Origin: an uncultured Candidatus Saccharibacteria bacterium
GTDB lineage: Bacteria; Patescibacteriota; Minisyncoccia; Phycocordibacterales; UBA918
Direction: 5' to 3'
Assembly: GCA_964643955.1 (NCBI GenBank)
Contig: CAZXUO010000001.1
Location: 14,314-78,313 of the forward strand
DNA length: 64,000 nt
The position numbers and the translations under genes are program-made. This document shows positions 8,356-18,346 of the stretch, piece after piece; the stretch's first letter is position 1; each line of letters starts with the position of its first letter. Below the pieces are notes generated by a model. That model searched no databases. It was given only the letters and a program-made list of their open reading frames with translations, and was not told the DNA's origin.

Positions 8356-9483
8356 TTACGCGTGCTCGAGGCCGATTGCAATCAGGGTCGCGGCGAGCTG
8401 TTGGGCCGCATCACGAGGTGCAAAATTGCGTGCTGCCTCCTGCATGCGCATCTGGATAGACTGGTCGCTCAAGATGCGGGCGATCTCTCCAGAGAGGAGG
8501 TGCGGCGTGAGGTTCTTTTCTTCCATCACAGCGGCAGCGCCGGTGCGCGCATACTCGTACGCATTCGTGCGCTGATCGTGACTGATGCTCTCAGGGATCG
8601 GAATGAGGATCGATGGTTTGCCGTGGAGCGCAATCTCATAGATAGAGCCGCTACCAGCACGCGAGACAATGATCGATGCGGCAGAAAGTGCGGCGTGCAT
8701 CATGTCGACATCGAGGAAACCACGGACATGGTAGCGGCTCAGGTACTCTTGTTTTTTAGTAAGTGCGCGCGCTGCCTCCACCACTACTTGCGCGTGTTGC
8801 TCGCCAGTCTGATGGAGTACGGTGGCGACAGGAAGCAGCTCGTCGAGTGCGGTGATGATGAGGTCGTTGATGCGTTCTGCGCCTTGGGAGCCACCGAGGA
8901 CAAGGATGAGTGGGCCATCGACCGTCATGTGGATTTGCTCGAGTGGATTGCCAGAAATAGGCGCGAGCATGTGCTTGCGGATCGGAATACCGGTGCGGAC
9001 TGTTTGCTTGTTTGGGAAAAATTTTGCACTACTCTCGTATGAAGTCGCGATGATGCGAGCAAAGCGCGAAGCGAATTTATTGGCGCGGCCTGGATGCACG
9101 TCTGACTCATGGATCACGACAGGAATACGCAAGATGCGCGCTGCAACAATGATCGGCATGCTCGTGTAGCTTCCCTTGCTCATGATGACGTCGGGATAAA
9201 TAAAGATGAGCCGCCAGATTGCGACGAGTACTCCCCAGAGCGTTTTAAAACCATCGAGGATGTTGAGGAATGAGAAATATCTGCGAACTTTTCCAGCAGG
9301 AATACGGATGAATGTGATGCCGTGTTTGACGAGTACGCCTTGATCGTAGGGATCAGGACCCATGAGATAGAGCTCAGGCAGTAAAAGCTTTTGTTCTCGT
9401 GCTTGGTCGGTGATTGCTTCAGCAATCGCGACGAGCGGGTAAAAATGACCTCCTGAACCACTTCCTGTTAAGACGATACGCAT
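8356..9483 (-). CDS. murG: Undecaprenyl-PP-MurNAc-pentapeptide GlcNAc transferase
   Basis: GSGSGGHFYP, HES..PG.AN, GGSQGA, SRAG, HDQRTNA. Confidence 0.93.
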   Translation of the reverse strand: MRIVLTGSGSGGHFYPLVAIAEAITDQAREQKLLLPELYLMGPDPYDQGVLVKHGITFIRIPAGKVRRYFSFLNILDGFKTLWGVLVAIWRLIFIYPDVIMSKGSYTSMPIIVAARILRIPVVIHESDVHPGRANKFASRFARIIATSYESSAKFFPNKQTVRTGIPIRKHMLAPISGNPLEQIHMTVDGPLILVLGGSQGAERINDLIITALDELLPVATVLHQTGEQHAQVVVEAARALTKKQEYLSRYHVRGFLDVDMMHAALSAASIIVSRAGSGSIYEIALHGKPSILIPIPESISHDQRTNAYEYARTGAAAVMEEKNLTPHLLSGEIARILSDQSIQMRMQEAARNFAPRDAAQQLAATLIAIGLEHA

Positions 9484-9496
9484 GGTTTGTTACTGG

Positions 9497-10609
9497 TTAT
9501 TTTAGCACCATCTTCCCCTTTTTGCGGTACTTGGACACATTGAGGATGATGCCGACTGACGCGAGCATCGCAAGCATGGCGGTACCGCCGTGGCTGATAA
9601 ACGGTAGTGGCAAGCCGGATATGGGCGCAAGTGCGAGCATGGATGCAATATTGAGAAATGCCTGTGTGATGATGATGGTCACGAAGCCCACGACGAGCAA
9701 CATACCGAAAAGGTCTGCGGATTCGGTTGCGACTTTGTATCCACGAAATGCAAAGAATGAAAAGATGAGGACCAAGAGTACGCTTCCTGCAAAGCCAAAT
9801 TCTTCGCTATAGACCGCGAAGATTGAGTCGCCGATAGGCTCGGGAAGGTACTCAAACTTTTGAATACTTTGGCCGAAGCCGCGTCCCGCGATGCCGCCTG
9901 AGCCGATCGCGATGAGTGACTGGCGTACCTGATAGCTCGAGCCTTGCGGGTCGAGTGAAGGATTGAAAAAGCTCGTGAGGCGATCTTTGATGTACGGTCG
10001 CATGAGTGCGAGCGACGCAAGAAGTACGACGCCGATGAGTACAAATACAAACACGTCGCGCCAGCGGCCACCTGCGGTGATAAACATCGCAATGCCGGCA
10101 GCGGTCATGATGGCGAAGGTATCGGTGTCAGGCTGCAAGAGCATCACAATACCGGTGATGCCGATGATACTGAAAAACGGCACCGTGCCCGACATAAATG
10201 ATTCGAGGTGTTTCTTCATGCCGGAGAGCCACGTGGCAAGATAGATGACGAAACCAATCTTCAGGAGTTCTGCAGGTTGAAAAGAAAAAGAGCCGACGCG
10301 TATCCATCGCTGTGCCCCGCCGTGTTCCATGCCGAGTCCGGGGATGAATACACACAGCGTGAGTGCGAGTGTTGCGAGGAATATATAGAATGCGTACTTT
10401 CTCCAGAAGCGATAGTGAATGTTCGACATCACAAAGAGTGCGATGCTGCCGCCGATGATGCCGAAAAGCACTTGGCTAAATGCGACTGATGAAAAGCTTG
10501 CTCCATCGCGCGCGAGGAGTCCGAGTGATGCTGACGAGAAAATAAAAAAGCCCCCTACCACGAGGAAGATGACAATGCCGAGGAGAATGCGATCAGCGTG
10601 GCGGCGCAT
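9497..10609 (-). CDS. ftsW: SEDS family peptidoglycan polymerase FtsW
   Basis: GAQRWI, FQPAELLK, LQPD, LPEPIGDSIF, LPFISHGG; between mraY and murG. Confidence 0.9.
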   Translation of the reverse strand: MRRHADRILLGIVIFLVVGGFFIFSSASLGLLARDGASFSSVAFSQVLFGIIGGSIALFVMSNIHYRFWRKYAFYIFLATLALTLCVFIPGLGMEHGGAQRWIRVGSFSFQPAELLKIGFVIYLATWLSGMKKHLESFMSGTVPFFSIIGITGIVMLLQPDTDTFAIMTAAGIAMFITAGGRWRDVFVFVLIGVVLLASLALMRPYIKDRLTSFFNPSLDPQGSSYQVRQSLIAIGSGGIAGRGFGQSIQKFEYLPEPIGDSIFAVYSEEFGFAGSVLLVLIFSFFAFRGYKVATESADLFGMLLVVGFVTIIITQAFLNIASMLALAPISGLPLPFISHGGTAMLAMLASVGIILNVSKYRKKGKMVLK

Positions 10610-10610
10610 A

Positions 10611-11669
10611 TTAGGCAGTGATGGCTATCGTCATGCCGATAATCGCACATACCATACTGATGACCCAGTAGCGCATCGTCACTTTGTATCCGGGCCAGCC
10701 TATTGCTTCAAAGTGATGATGGAGCGGCGCAACACGAAATACTTTTCTTCCCCAAAACTTCTTTGCGAAAATCTGAATGAGGTTTGAGAGGACGGTCGCA
10801 ACGAGCGGAAGTGCGACGATCGGAAGCACCGCGATGCCGTGCCCTTCTCCGAGGTTGTCCGACATAAAGACGACAACGGCGAGCGTGAGTGTGAGTGCCA
10901 TGGTGCCCGTCTCAGTCATCCAAAAACGCGCAGGTGGGATGTTGAACCACAAGAATGCGAGGATCGCACCAGTCACGGTGGCGCAAAATGCGGCGAGGTC
11001 ATACTGCTGTTGTGAGAATGCGATCGCTGCGTACGCACCGTAGATAGTTGAGAAGACTGCGCCCGAGAGGCCGTCGATACCGTCGATCACGCCGCTTGCA
11101 TAGAGCGCGAGCGTCACGAGCATGAAAAATGGCACGATGAATGCACCGAGGACTATTTCTCCATCGTATGGAATACCAATCGTCGTAATGTCGAGTTTGT
11201 CATAAAACCACCAGCCGACGGCGAGTGAAAGGACCGATACAAACACTAAGCGCGTGCGGAGACGAATCCCCTGCCCTTTGTGACTTACGTCATAAAAATC
11301 ATTAAGGAATCCAACGAATGCGCCGAGGAGGAGCGTCGAAAATGGTATCCATGTTTGTGCACGACTGAGGAAGTCAATGCGTGCGATCTCTGAGTTTGGA
11401 AACATCATCGCGACGAGCCAGAGGAAGATCGTGGTGAGTGCGACGCTCGCCCAAATCACGATGCCACCCATGCGTGGCGTCTTTACTTCGTTGTCTTTGT
11501 GGAGCTTGTTGAACTCAACTGCCTCTTGGCCGTTGAGTGCGTGTTTGCCGCCGGTCTTCTTCCAGACTTTGTATTGAAAAAGGTAGCGCGTGACGATTGG
11601 TGTGATGAGCACGCCGATGACGAATGCGAGTGTTGCGGGCGCAAAGATTTTTACGATATCGGCATCCAT
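10611..11669 (-). CDS. mraY: Phospho-N-acetylmuramoyl-pentapeptide transferase
   Basis: KTPRMGG, DGIDGL, WFN.PPA, APLHHHFE; start MDADIV at 11669 just after the upstream stop. Confidence 0.9.
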   Translation of the reverse strand: MDADIVKIFAPATLAFVIGVLITPIVTRYLFQYKVWKKTGGKHALNGQEAVEFNKLHKDNEVKTPRMGGIVIWASVALTTIFLWLVAMMFPNSEIARIDFLSRAQTWIPFSTLLLGAFVGFLNDFYDVSHKGQGIRLRTRLVFVSVLSLAVGWWFYDKLDITTIGIPYDGEIVLGAFIVPFFMLVTLALYASGVIDGIDGLSGAVFSTIYGAYAAIAFSQQQYDLAAFCATVTGAILAFLWFNIPPARFWMTETGTMALTLTLAVVVFMSDNLGEGHGIAVLPIVALPLVATVLSNLIQIFAKKFWGRKVFRVAPLHHHFEAIGWPGYKVTMRYWVISMVCAIIGMTIAITA

Positions 11670-11670
11670 A

Positions 11671-12690
11671 TTATTCGGTGCTGAGCGTACGTTCGGTCGC
11701 TTCAACAAGCTTAATAATATCGCTAAAACGGCCTTCGCGGGTAGAGCCGAGTACTGAAATGATGATCGGGCGGTTGAGGCCAGCGTCGTATGCAATGACG
11801 AGGTTGCCGCCAGCGAGATCGGTAAAGCCAGTCTTTGAGCCAAGAATGCCAGGGATGCGTCCTACGACCTCATTGGTGTTTGTAGCAGTGTAGACTGCTC
11901 CCTGCTGATTATGGACGGTAGAGACGGCTTCACGGGTCTCCTCGAGGATGTCAGGACGCTTGAGGACGAGGTATTCCATGAGGAATGCCATATCGCGTGC
12001 CGAGCCATAGCTGCCGCTCGTTGTGCCGTCGATATCGAGGCCGGTAGGATTTGCAAAGAAAGACTGTGAGAGGCCGAGGGATTCTGCTTTTGCATTCATG
12101 GCGTCGATAAATGCGCTCGCGGGGTCAGCGCTCGGAGCTACCGCGTGCCCAGCGGCAGCCGCGAGCGCATACGCGCCATCGTTTGATGAAGTGACAAGCG
12201 TGAGATTTGCGAGCTCCTGCATGCTGAATGTTTGCCCTTCGGCAAGGTTGCTGTCGCCCTCTTGTGCGATTGCGTCAGCGCCGATGCGCACTTGTGCGTC
12301 AGGGTCGAGTGACTCGTACGCAACGAGCGTCGTCATGAGCTTGGTCACCGAGGCGAGCGGAAGCTGCGTGCCGGCATTTTTGTTGTAGAGTGCACGCTGA
12401 TTTTTGACGTCCCACACGTATGCTGCTCCTGCAGTGATCGAAAGATCTTCAAACTCATCTTTTATGATCGGCACTTCTTGTACCGTTGCCTCTTGTGGCG
12501 GCGGTTCGGGGATCGGATCTTTTTTTGCAAGTTCAGGGATGTACGATGCGCCGAAAATAAGCACGAGAATACCGAGCGCAACACTGAGTTGCGCGATGGT
12601 CGGCATGTTATTTTTTGGTGTTCCGAGTGCTTCCGATTCTATTTCGGGCGGCAATGAAACCTCGTGTTGTTCTTCTGGTTGATTATCCAT
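11671..12690 (-). CDS. D-alanyl-D-alanine carboxypeptidase (peptidase S11)
   Basis: ASVTK (SxxK), SSN (SxN), KTG; N-terminal TM. Confidence 0.9.
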   Translation of the reverse strand: MDNQPEEQHEVSLPPEIESEALGTPKNNMPTIAQLSVALGILVLIFGASYIPELAKKDPIPEPPPQEATVQEVPIIKDEFEDLSITAGAAYVWDVKNQRALYNKNAGTQLPLASVTKLMTTLVAYESLDPDAQVRIGADAIAQEGDSNLAEGQTFSMQELANLTLVTSSNDGAYALAAAAGHAVAPSADPASAFIDAMNAKAESLGLSQSFFANPTGLDIDGTTSGSYGSARDMAFLMEYLVLKRPDILEETREAVSTVHNQQGAVYTATNTNEVVGRIPGILGSKTGFTDLAGGNLVIAYDAGLNRPIIISVLGSTREGRFSDIIKLVEATERTLSTE

Positions 12691-12699
12691 ACAGATGTT

Positions 12700-13269
12700 C
12701 TACTCGGCAGCTACCGGCGCATCTTCCTTTTCATTGCCGCCCTTTGCCTCCCGCTCAAATGCATCAAGTTCGTTCATTATTTTAACGTATTCGGGCAGGT
12801 CCTCACGTCGAGTTATACCGAGGTGCGCAAAAAGTGTTGGTGTCGCTTTGTATTGGAATGAGCGCGCAGCCTGCGGATTGTCGATGCGCTCCACGAGTCC
12901 GCGGATCTGGAGGTTGCGGAGGATGAAGGTAGAATTGACGCCGCGAATAGAATCGATCTCGCTTCGAGAGATCGGACCGCGGTAGAGAATGATTGCAAGT
13001 GTCTCTGCACCCGCCTTCCCAATCTCTTTTGAGAGCTCGTCCTTGCGGAGCTTTTCGATGATGCTCGCGACCTCAGGAGCGCTTGTGAGCCAGATAGTAT
13101 CGCCTTCTTCGACGATACGCATTGCACCATAACAAAGGCGTTCGCGCAAGTTTATCAAAGCGCGATCGATATCCTCGAGCGTCGTTTCAAGGAGCGCAGC
13201 GAGGTCTTTTTTAGCGACAGGTTCGGTCTTATAGAAAAGAACCGCCTCAATCTGCACATCGAGATTCAT
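12700..13269 (-). CDS. scpB: SMC-Scp complex subunit ScpB
   Basis: IEAVLF, ETLAIILY..P.SRSEIDSIRGVNS, T..LF..LG. Confidence 0.92.
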   Translation of the reverse strand: MNLDVQIEAVLFYKTEPVAKKDLAALLETTLEDIDRALINLRERLCYGAMRIVEEGDTIWLTSAPEVASIIEKLRKDELSKEIGKAGAETLAIILYRGPISRSEIDSIRGVNSTFILRNLQIRGLVERIDNPQAARSFQYKATPTLFAHLGITRREDLPEYVKIMNELDAFEREAKGGNEKEDAPVAAE

Positions 13270-13314
13270 GTGGAGAGTATAGCAAATATGGGGCTTATTT
13301 TCGCTCTCTATCCC

Positions 13315-14052
13315 CTACTCGTAGCGCGGTGTTGCTGATGCACCGCCTTCGCGCTTGATATCAAAATCTGCAAAACGCGCTTCTTGTTCTGCCATCACAA
13401 TCCCCTGCTTCACAAGCTCGAGGACTGCAAGAAAACTCACAATGACATGTGAGCGCTCGCCACCCTGCGCGAGGCTCTTGAAGCTCACCTTAAATTGATC
13501 CGTGATGCGCTTTTCAAGGCTCTTCATCATTTCTTCAAGCGAGATGACTTTCTTTACCGACACGCGTGCAGCGAGCACAGGCTTTTTCGGAAGATTGACG
13601 AGGACGGCCAGCATCGCGCTCATGATTCCCTCGCGTGTCGTGAAGGAATCGGGCATGAAGACGGGCGTTGCATCTGCTTTATATGGCCGCTCATACAGTA
13701 TGTGCGTGCCGAAGATGGTACGGAGTGCAGCACTCGCATCGCGGTAGATCTTGTAGAGCTTGAGCTTTTCCGAGAGGTCCTCGATATTTGCTTCCTCCTC
13801 TTCGGTAAGCGCGAGGACCGGCAAGAGCGACTTTGATTTTATAAGGAGGAGTGTTGCCGCGATGAGTACAAACTGCGCCGTGTCGCGCATGCGGCTGTCT
13901 TCAAGCGACGAGACATACGCCATATAGTCGTCGGTCACTGCAGCGAGCGAGATGTCATTAATGAGCAGCTTGCGCTTCTCGATGAGATCGAGCAACAAAT
14001 CAAGCGGCCCCTCAAACACCTCTGTCTTTATTGCGAAATGTTGGCTGGTCAC
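13315..14052 (-). CDS. scpA: Segregation/condensation protein ScpA (kleisin)
   Basis: FEGPLDLLLDLI, AATLLLIKSKSLLP, FLAVLELVK. Confidence 0.93.
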   Translation of the reverse strand: MTSQHFAIKTEVFEGPLDLLLDLIEKRKLLINDISLAAVTDDYMAYVSSLEDSRMRDTAQFVLIAATLLLIKSKSLLPVLALTEEEEANIEDLSEKLKLYKIYRDASAALRTIFGTHILYERPYKADATPVFMPDSFTTREGIMSAMLAVLVNLPKKPVLAARVSVKKVISLEEMMKSLEKRITDQFKVSFKSLAQGGERSHVIVSFLAVLELVKQGIVMAEQEARFADFDIKREGGASATPRYE

Positions 14053-14115
14053 GAGTGTATGATAGCAGATTACTTATTCGCAACCGCCCCCATTATTCCT
14101 TGTTGCAATTGGTAA

Positions 14116-14144
14116 TTGACAAAACAATATAAATATGATATACT
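14116..14144 (+). promoter_or_regulatory. Sigma70 promoter of small ORF
   Basis: TTGACA-17 bp-TATACT with TG extended -10. Confidence 0.75.
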
Positions 14145-14191
14145 AAACAAGTGAGTAATTGTGCTCACGAGCAAAGCAAGGGGTTTGTTCT

Positions 14192-14422
14192 ATGGGTATG
14201 AGCAAAGAACGTCAGGGCGAGATCGCCTTGGCACTCATCGAGCATCGGCTGAAGAAGCAGCCGATGCCCGCACCCGCCGACTTCCGTCGGGAACTCGGCA
14301 ACTTGTCGAAGGACATCGGCGTTTCAGCCGACGACCTCGTCATGTTTTACGAGACAATTCTTCCGAAGCTGCTCGGAACCATGCTCGGTCGGAGTAAGGT
14401 CTCACTGACGACCTCCGACTGA
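14192..14422 (+). CDS. Small helical hypothetical protein
   Basis: 76-aa ORF (RQGEIAL..FRRELGN..K.IG) with its own promoter and terminator. Confidence 0.65.
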   Translation: MGMSKERQGEIALALIEHRLKKQPMPAPADFRRELGNLSKDIGVSADDLVMFYETILPKLLGTMLGRSKVSLTTSD

Positions 14423-14440
14423 GCAAAAAGTATAAAATCT

Positions 14441-14542
14441 GAAGAAAGCCAAGGTGGGGCTCTGAGCCCCCTAAACGGGTAATTGCACCTCCCTGTTTCA
14501 TACAGGCAAGGGCAGAACAAGAACCGTTTCCTCGCTTTCTTC
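14441..14542. other. Multi-stem structured intergenic element (candidate ncRNA or palindromic repeat)
   Basis: Nested pairs GAAGAAAGC/GCTTTCTTC, GGGGCT/AGCCCC, AAACGG/CCGTTT, CCTGT/ACAGG. Confidence 0.5.
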
Positions 14543-14549
14543 TAACTCC

Positions 14550-14583
14550 GCTGCAGAGTAACATCTGCAGCTTCTTTCTTTTC
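14550..14583 (+). terminator. Intrinsic terminator
   Basis: GCTGCAGA-GTAACA-TCTGCAGC-TTCTTTCTTTT. Confidence 0.7.
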
Positions 14584-14594
14584 AAAAACAGTCG

Positions 14595-16025
14595 TTAATA
14601 TTTCTCGATTACTTTTATAAGCAATCGGGTGGGTTCGCCGGTGGCACCTTTGGCGAGCTTGTCGCTTGCTGTTGCCGTCATGCGCGGTGCCATGTCGATG
14701 TGCGCCCAGCCGCAGTCTTTTGGAAAATTCTCTGCGAAGTGTGAGAGAAACATTGCACCATTGATGGTGCCTCCTGCTCGTGAGTTGCCAAATGAAGGGA
14801 TGTTGGCGACGTCACCGAAGCGGCCTTTTGTGTACTGCTTGTACTCGTCCCACATAGGGAGTGGCCAGACATAGTCACCACTTTCTTCCCCGAGCTGCAT
14901 GAGCTTTTCGCGGACGGTATCGCTTTTGGTGAGGAGTGCAGATGCGTGTTCGCCAAGAGCGACGATCGCTGCGCCCGTGAGTGTGGCAATGTCGACGACA
15001 AGGCGCGGCTTGTAGCGCTCGGCATACGTGAGTGCATCTGCGAGCACGAGACGGCCTTCGGCGTCGGTATTGAGGACGTCGATCGTTTTTCCATTCATTG
15101 AGGTGAGTACATCACCTGGACGGAAGCTCTCTCCCGAAATAGAGTTTTCTGCGGCAGGAATAAGGCCGATGACGTTTTTCTTGAGCTTGAGGCGTGCTGC
15201 AGCGACTACTGCAGCGATGACGGATGCGCCACCTGACATATCGAGGTGCATGTCGAGCATACTGTCGCCCGGCTTCACATTGAGGCCACCCGTATCGAAG
15301 GTGATGCCTTTACCGGCGAGCACAATGGGGTTGTGCTCGCCCGCGCCGCGAGCACCTCTGTTTGGTTTACTCAAACCCCAGTATTCCATCACGATAAATC
15401 GTGGTTCAAATTTCGAGCCCTGTGCGACGCCAAGTAGCGCACCCATCTTCTCTTTCTCGATGGCTTTCTTGTCGAGAATAGTCACCTTTACATTGGTACC
15501 TTTTGCCGCTGATTTTGCGCGGTCGGCAAGGAGCGCGGGCGTCATGGCGCCGCCAGGGGTGTTGGCGATGCTGCGGCATACATTGACCTCCTCGCCCACG
15601 ATGTGGCCACGAAGGAGCCCGCGCGCCTCTTCTTTTGAGAGTGTGCCAACGAGCACAACTTCTTTTAATTCGTAGCTCGGCTTCTTTGATTTCAATGTCG
15701 TGAACTCATAGTTTGCGAGCATGAAATTTTCTGCAATCGTTGAAAAGATTTCAGCACGGTCAATTTCTTTGAGCGCATCAAGATCAGCAAGCTCTGAGAC
15801 AGGTATGACGAGCTTTGTAATCTTGTGGATGTGTGCGGTCCGGATGATGGATCGACAGAGTATGCGGAACGAGCGCATGCTGATCTCCACACGCTTCCCT
15901 ACGCCGATCGAAAGCGTCTCGCTCTTATCAGCGTGTTCTATGAACTTTGTTTGTGTGCCTTCAATGAGAGCTACGCGTACGTATTCCTTTCCACTCGGTG
16001 CTTTAGCCGCCGTCGTTATTTTCAT
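14595..16025 (-). CDS. pepA: Leucyl aminopeptidase (M17)
   Basis: GKGITFDTGG, DMSG, NTDAEGRL, ATLTGA, WAHID. Confidence 0.93.
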   Translation of the reverse strand: MKITTAAKAPSGKEYVRVALIEGTQTKFIEHADKSETLSIGVGKRVEISMRSFRILCRSIIRTAHIHKITKLVIPVSELADLDALKEIDRAEIFSTIAENFMLANYEFTTLKSKKPSYELKEVVLVGTLSKEEARGLLRGHIVGEEVNVCRSIANTPGGAMTPALLADRAKSAAKGTNVKVTILDKKAIEKEKMGALLGVAQGSKFEPRFIVMEYWGLSKPNRGARGAGEHNPIVLAGKGITFDTGGLNVKPGDSMLDMHLDMSGGASVIAAVVAAARLKLKKNVIGLIPAAENSISGESFRPGDVLTSMNGKTIDVLNTDAEGRLVLADALTYAERYKPRLVVDIATLTGAAIVALGEHASALLTKSDTVREKLMQLGEESGDYVWPLPMWDEYKQYTKGRFGDVANIPSFGNSRAGGTINGAMFLSHFAENFPKDCGWAHIDMAPRMTATASDKLAKGATGEPTRLLIKVIEKY

Positions 16026-17370
16026 GTCCGTCTTCAGGTTTGTTGAGTAATGTGTCGATGCGATTCATATCGCGTGGGAACATCGTTGCTTCGCGTATAT
16101 TTTTGAGACCCAATATCTGCATGGTCATACGCTCTGCGCCAAATGCAAATCCTCCTTCTGGTGGTACACCGTATCTGAATGCTTCGAGGAACATTGAGAT
16201 AGCATCAGGATTCATATCCCAGATCTTTACGTGTTCGAGGAGTTGCTTGTAGTCATTGATGCGGCGACCTCCTGAGAGCCACTCGATGCCGCGACAGAGC
16301 AAGTCCATACCTTCGTTGAATTCTGGTTTTTCGGGATTTGGATAGACGTAGAACGGCTTTTGGCGTGTTGGGTACCCGTATACGTAGACGAAGTCTGAAG
16401 TGGTCTCTTCTTTAATAATCTCGCATAGTGTTCGTTCATCTTCGGGATTGAGATCCTTTTCTCCGCGAACATCACGTCCGGTCTTTTCAAAGATTTTTTC
16501 TTGTGCTTCAGTCAGCGACATCGTCGGCGTCTTCTCGATCATGGTTGGAAGTGTTGCTTCGAGAAGCTTCAATTCTTCTGCGCACTTTTCTCCAACTGCT
16601 TTCAAAATAAAACGCACGGTCTCTTCAGACATATCGCGAACATCCTGCCATGAGTCGATGAAGCCCATTTCGGCGTCGAGTGAGACGATCTCGGTGATGT
16701 GGCGCGTCGTTGCTGATGGCTCTGCGCGGAATACTTTGTTGACGGAGAATACGCGCTCAAACGCAGTCATGACGATCTGCTTGTAGAGTTGCGGAGACTG
16801 CGTGAGGTATGCTTTCTTGTCGAAGTAGTTGACTTGGAAGACCTCCGCACCACCCTCTGCGGTTGCAGGCGTAATTGCGGGTGCTTGGAACTCCATGAAG
16901 TCCTGGCTCTTCATGTATTCACGGAATGAGTCGATGATGACAGCCTGCACTTTGAAGATGGCGCGGAGACGCGGATGACGGAGTGTGAGCGCGCGATGGT
17001 CGAGCTCGGTCGTGAGATCGAGATTGTAGCCATCCGGCGACATGTCAAACGGCAGCGATTCTGCTTCTGCGAGAATTTCGATCGCAGTGATTTCAAGCTC
17101 GATGTCACCGTTTTGAATTCCCTCTTTACGCATCTTCTCAGGGCGTTCATTGACGATGCCACTCACCTTCACGACCCACTCTTGCTTGAGCTTCTTTGCA
17201 ACTTCAAGTACCTCTGGCTTTCCAAAGACGACGCCTTGCACTTTTCCACTTCGATCACGAAAATCAAAAAAGGCCATCTTGCCCTGATCGCGCGCAACGT
17301 CTACCCATCCAGAAATAGACACTTCACTTCCCACTTTTTCTTTCAGATCTTTTATGAGTGTTCGTTGCAT
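16003..17370 (-). CDS. aspS: Aspartate--tRNA ligase, short archaeal-type (probably non-discriminating)
   Basis: OB-fold, EGGAEVF, QSPQLYKQ, FRAE..RH, FPRD; 455 aa without GAD insertion. Confidence 0.85.
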   Translation of the reverse strand: MQRTLIKDLKEKVGSEVSISGWVDVARDQGKMAFFDFRDRSGKVQGVVFGKPEVLEVAKKLKQEWVVKVSGIVNERPEKMRKEGIQNGDIELEITAIEILAEAESLPFDMSPDGYNLDLTTELDHRALTLRHPRLRAIFKVQAVIIDSFREYMKSQDFMEFQAPAITPATAEGGAEVFQVNYFDKKAYLTQSPQLYKQIVMTAFERVFSVNKVFRAEPSATTRHITEIVSLDAEMGFIDSWQDVRDMSEETVRFILKAVGEKCAEELKLLEATLPTMIEKTPTMSLTEAQEKIFEKTGRDVRGEKDLNPEDERTLCEIIKEETTSDFVYVYGYPTRQKPFYVYPNPEKPEFNEGMDLLCRGIEWLSGGRRINDYKQLLEHVKIWDMNPDAISMFLEAFRYGVPPEGGFAFGAERMTMQILGLKNIREATMFPRDMNRIDTLLNKPEDGHENNDGG

Positions 17371-17373
17371 ATA

Positions 17374-18321
17374 TTAAAGTGTTACACCAATTTTATTTCG
17401 TACGTCTGCCATCTTTCGCTCAGCGACCGCTCGCGCTTTCTCGCCATTTTGTGCGATGATTGCCTTTACCTTTTCCGGTTCTGCAGCAAATTGTGCGCGT
17501 CGCTCACGCATAGGGGCGATGAATGCATCCACTTCCTCTGCGAGCATTTCTTTGAGTGCTTTGTAGTTGCCGGCGTGCGCTGCGTAGATCGGCTCAAGCT
17601 CTGCTTCTGATTTAAAGAGACGATGGATGCGGTAGACATTTTCAGGACGCTCACCGGAAGAATCGGTCACAATGCCCATGACGGCCTTTTGTACTTCTTC
17701 TCGCGTTGCAAAGAGCGGAATCGTGTTTTTGTAGCTCTTTGACATCTTCTGTCCATCAGTACCCGGTACGACCGCAACTGACTCTTGGATTGATGCTTCG
17801 GGAAGTTTAAATGTTTCGCCGTAGAGATTGTTGAATTTGAGTGCGGTGTCGCGCGCAAACTCAATATGCTGTTTTTGATCTTGTCCCACCGGTACGATAT
17901 CTGCATCGTAAAGGAGGATGTCTGCGGCCATCAGCATCGGATAATTGAAGACGCCAACGGTGATATCTTTGTTTTTTGCTTCGGCGTCCTTAAATGCATG
18001 GGCGCGCATCAAGTATGGCATTGTCGTGATGGTATCGAAAATCCAACACAGCTCGGTGTGTTGCGGGACATCTGATTGTTTGAAAAGTACTGTGTGCTCA
18101 GGATCGAGTCCTGCGCTGAGATAGTCGAGCGCAACCGAGAGGATGGTCTCTCGCATCTCTTCCCCATTTTGGATGGTCATGAGTGCGTGGAGGTCAGGAA
18201 TGAACAGGTACGAATCGTACTCGTGCTGCATCGCGATTGCGGGCTGCATCATGCCAAAATAATTGCCGAGATGCGGACGGCCCGTTGGCTTCACCCCTGA
18301 GAGGAGTACTTTCTTGCTCAT
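17374..18321 (-). CDS. trpS: Tryptophan--tRNA ligase
   Basis: HLGN, YPMLMAADIL, VPVGQDQKQH, KMSKS. Confidence 0.95.
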   Translation of the reverse strand: MSKKVLLSGVKPTGRPHLGNYFGMMQPAIAMQHEYDSYLFIPDLHALMTIQNGEEMRETILSVALDYLSAGLDPEHTVLFKQSDVPQHTELCWIFDTITTMPYLMRAHAFKDAEAKNKDITVGVFNYPMLMAADILLYDADIVPVGQDQKQHIEFARDTALKFNNLYGETFKLPEASIQESVAVVPGTDGQKMSKSYKNTIPLFATREEVQKAVMGIVTDSSGERPENVYRIHRLFKSEAELEPIYAAHAGNYKALKEMLAEEVDAFIAPMRERRAQFAAEPEKVKAIIAQNGEKARAVAERKMADVRNKIGVTL

Positions 18322-18346
18322 AGCGAAATACTAGCAAAAAACAAGG

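Noticed and set aside
11670-11843. N-terminal extensions in the ORF track (mraY; likewise mltG, actin-fold protein, DUF5671-like)
   Set aside because: They overlap upstream genes or promoters; downstream ATGs fit family starts better.
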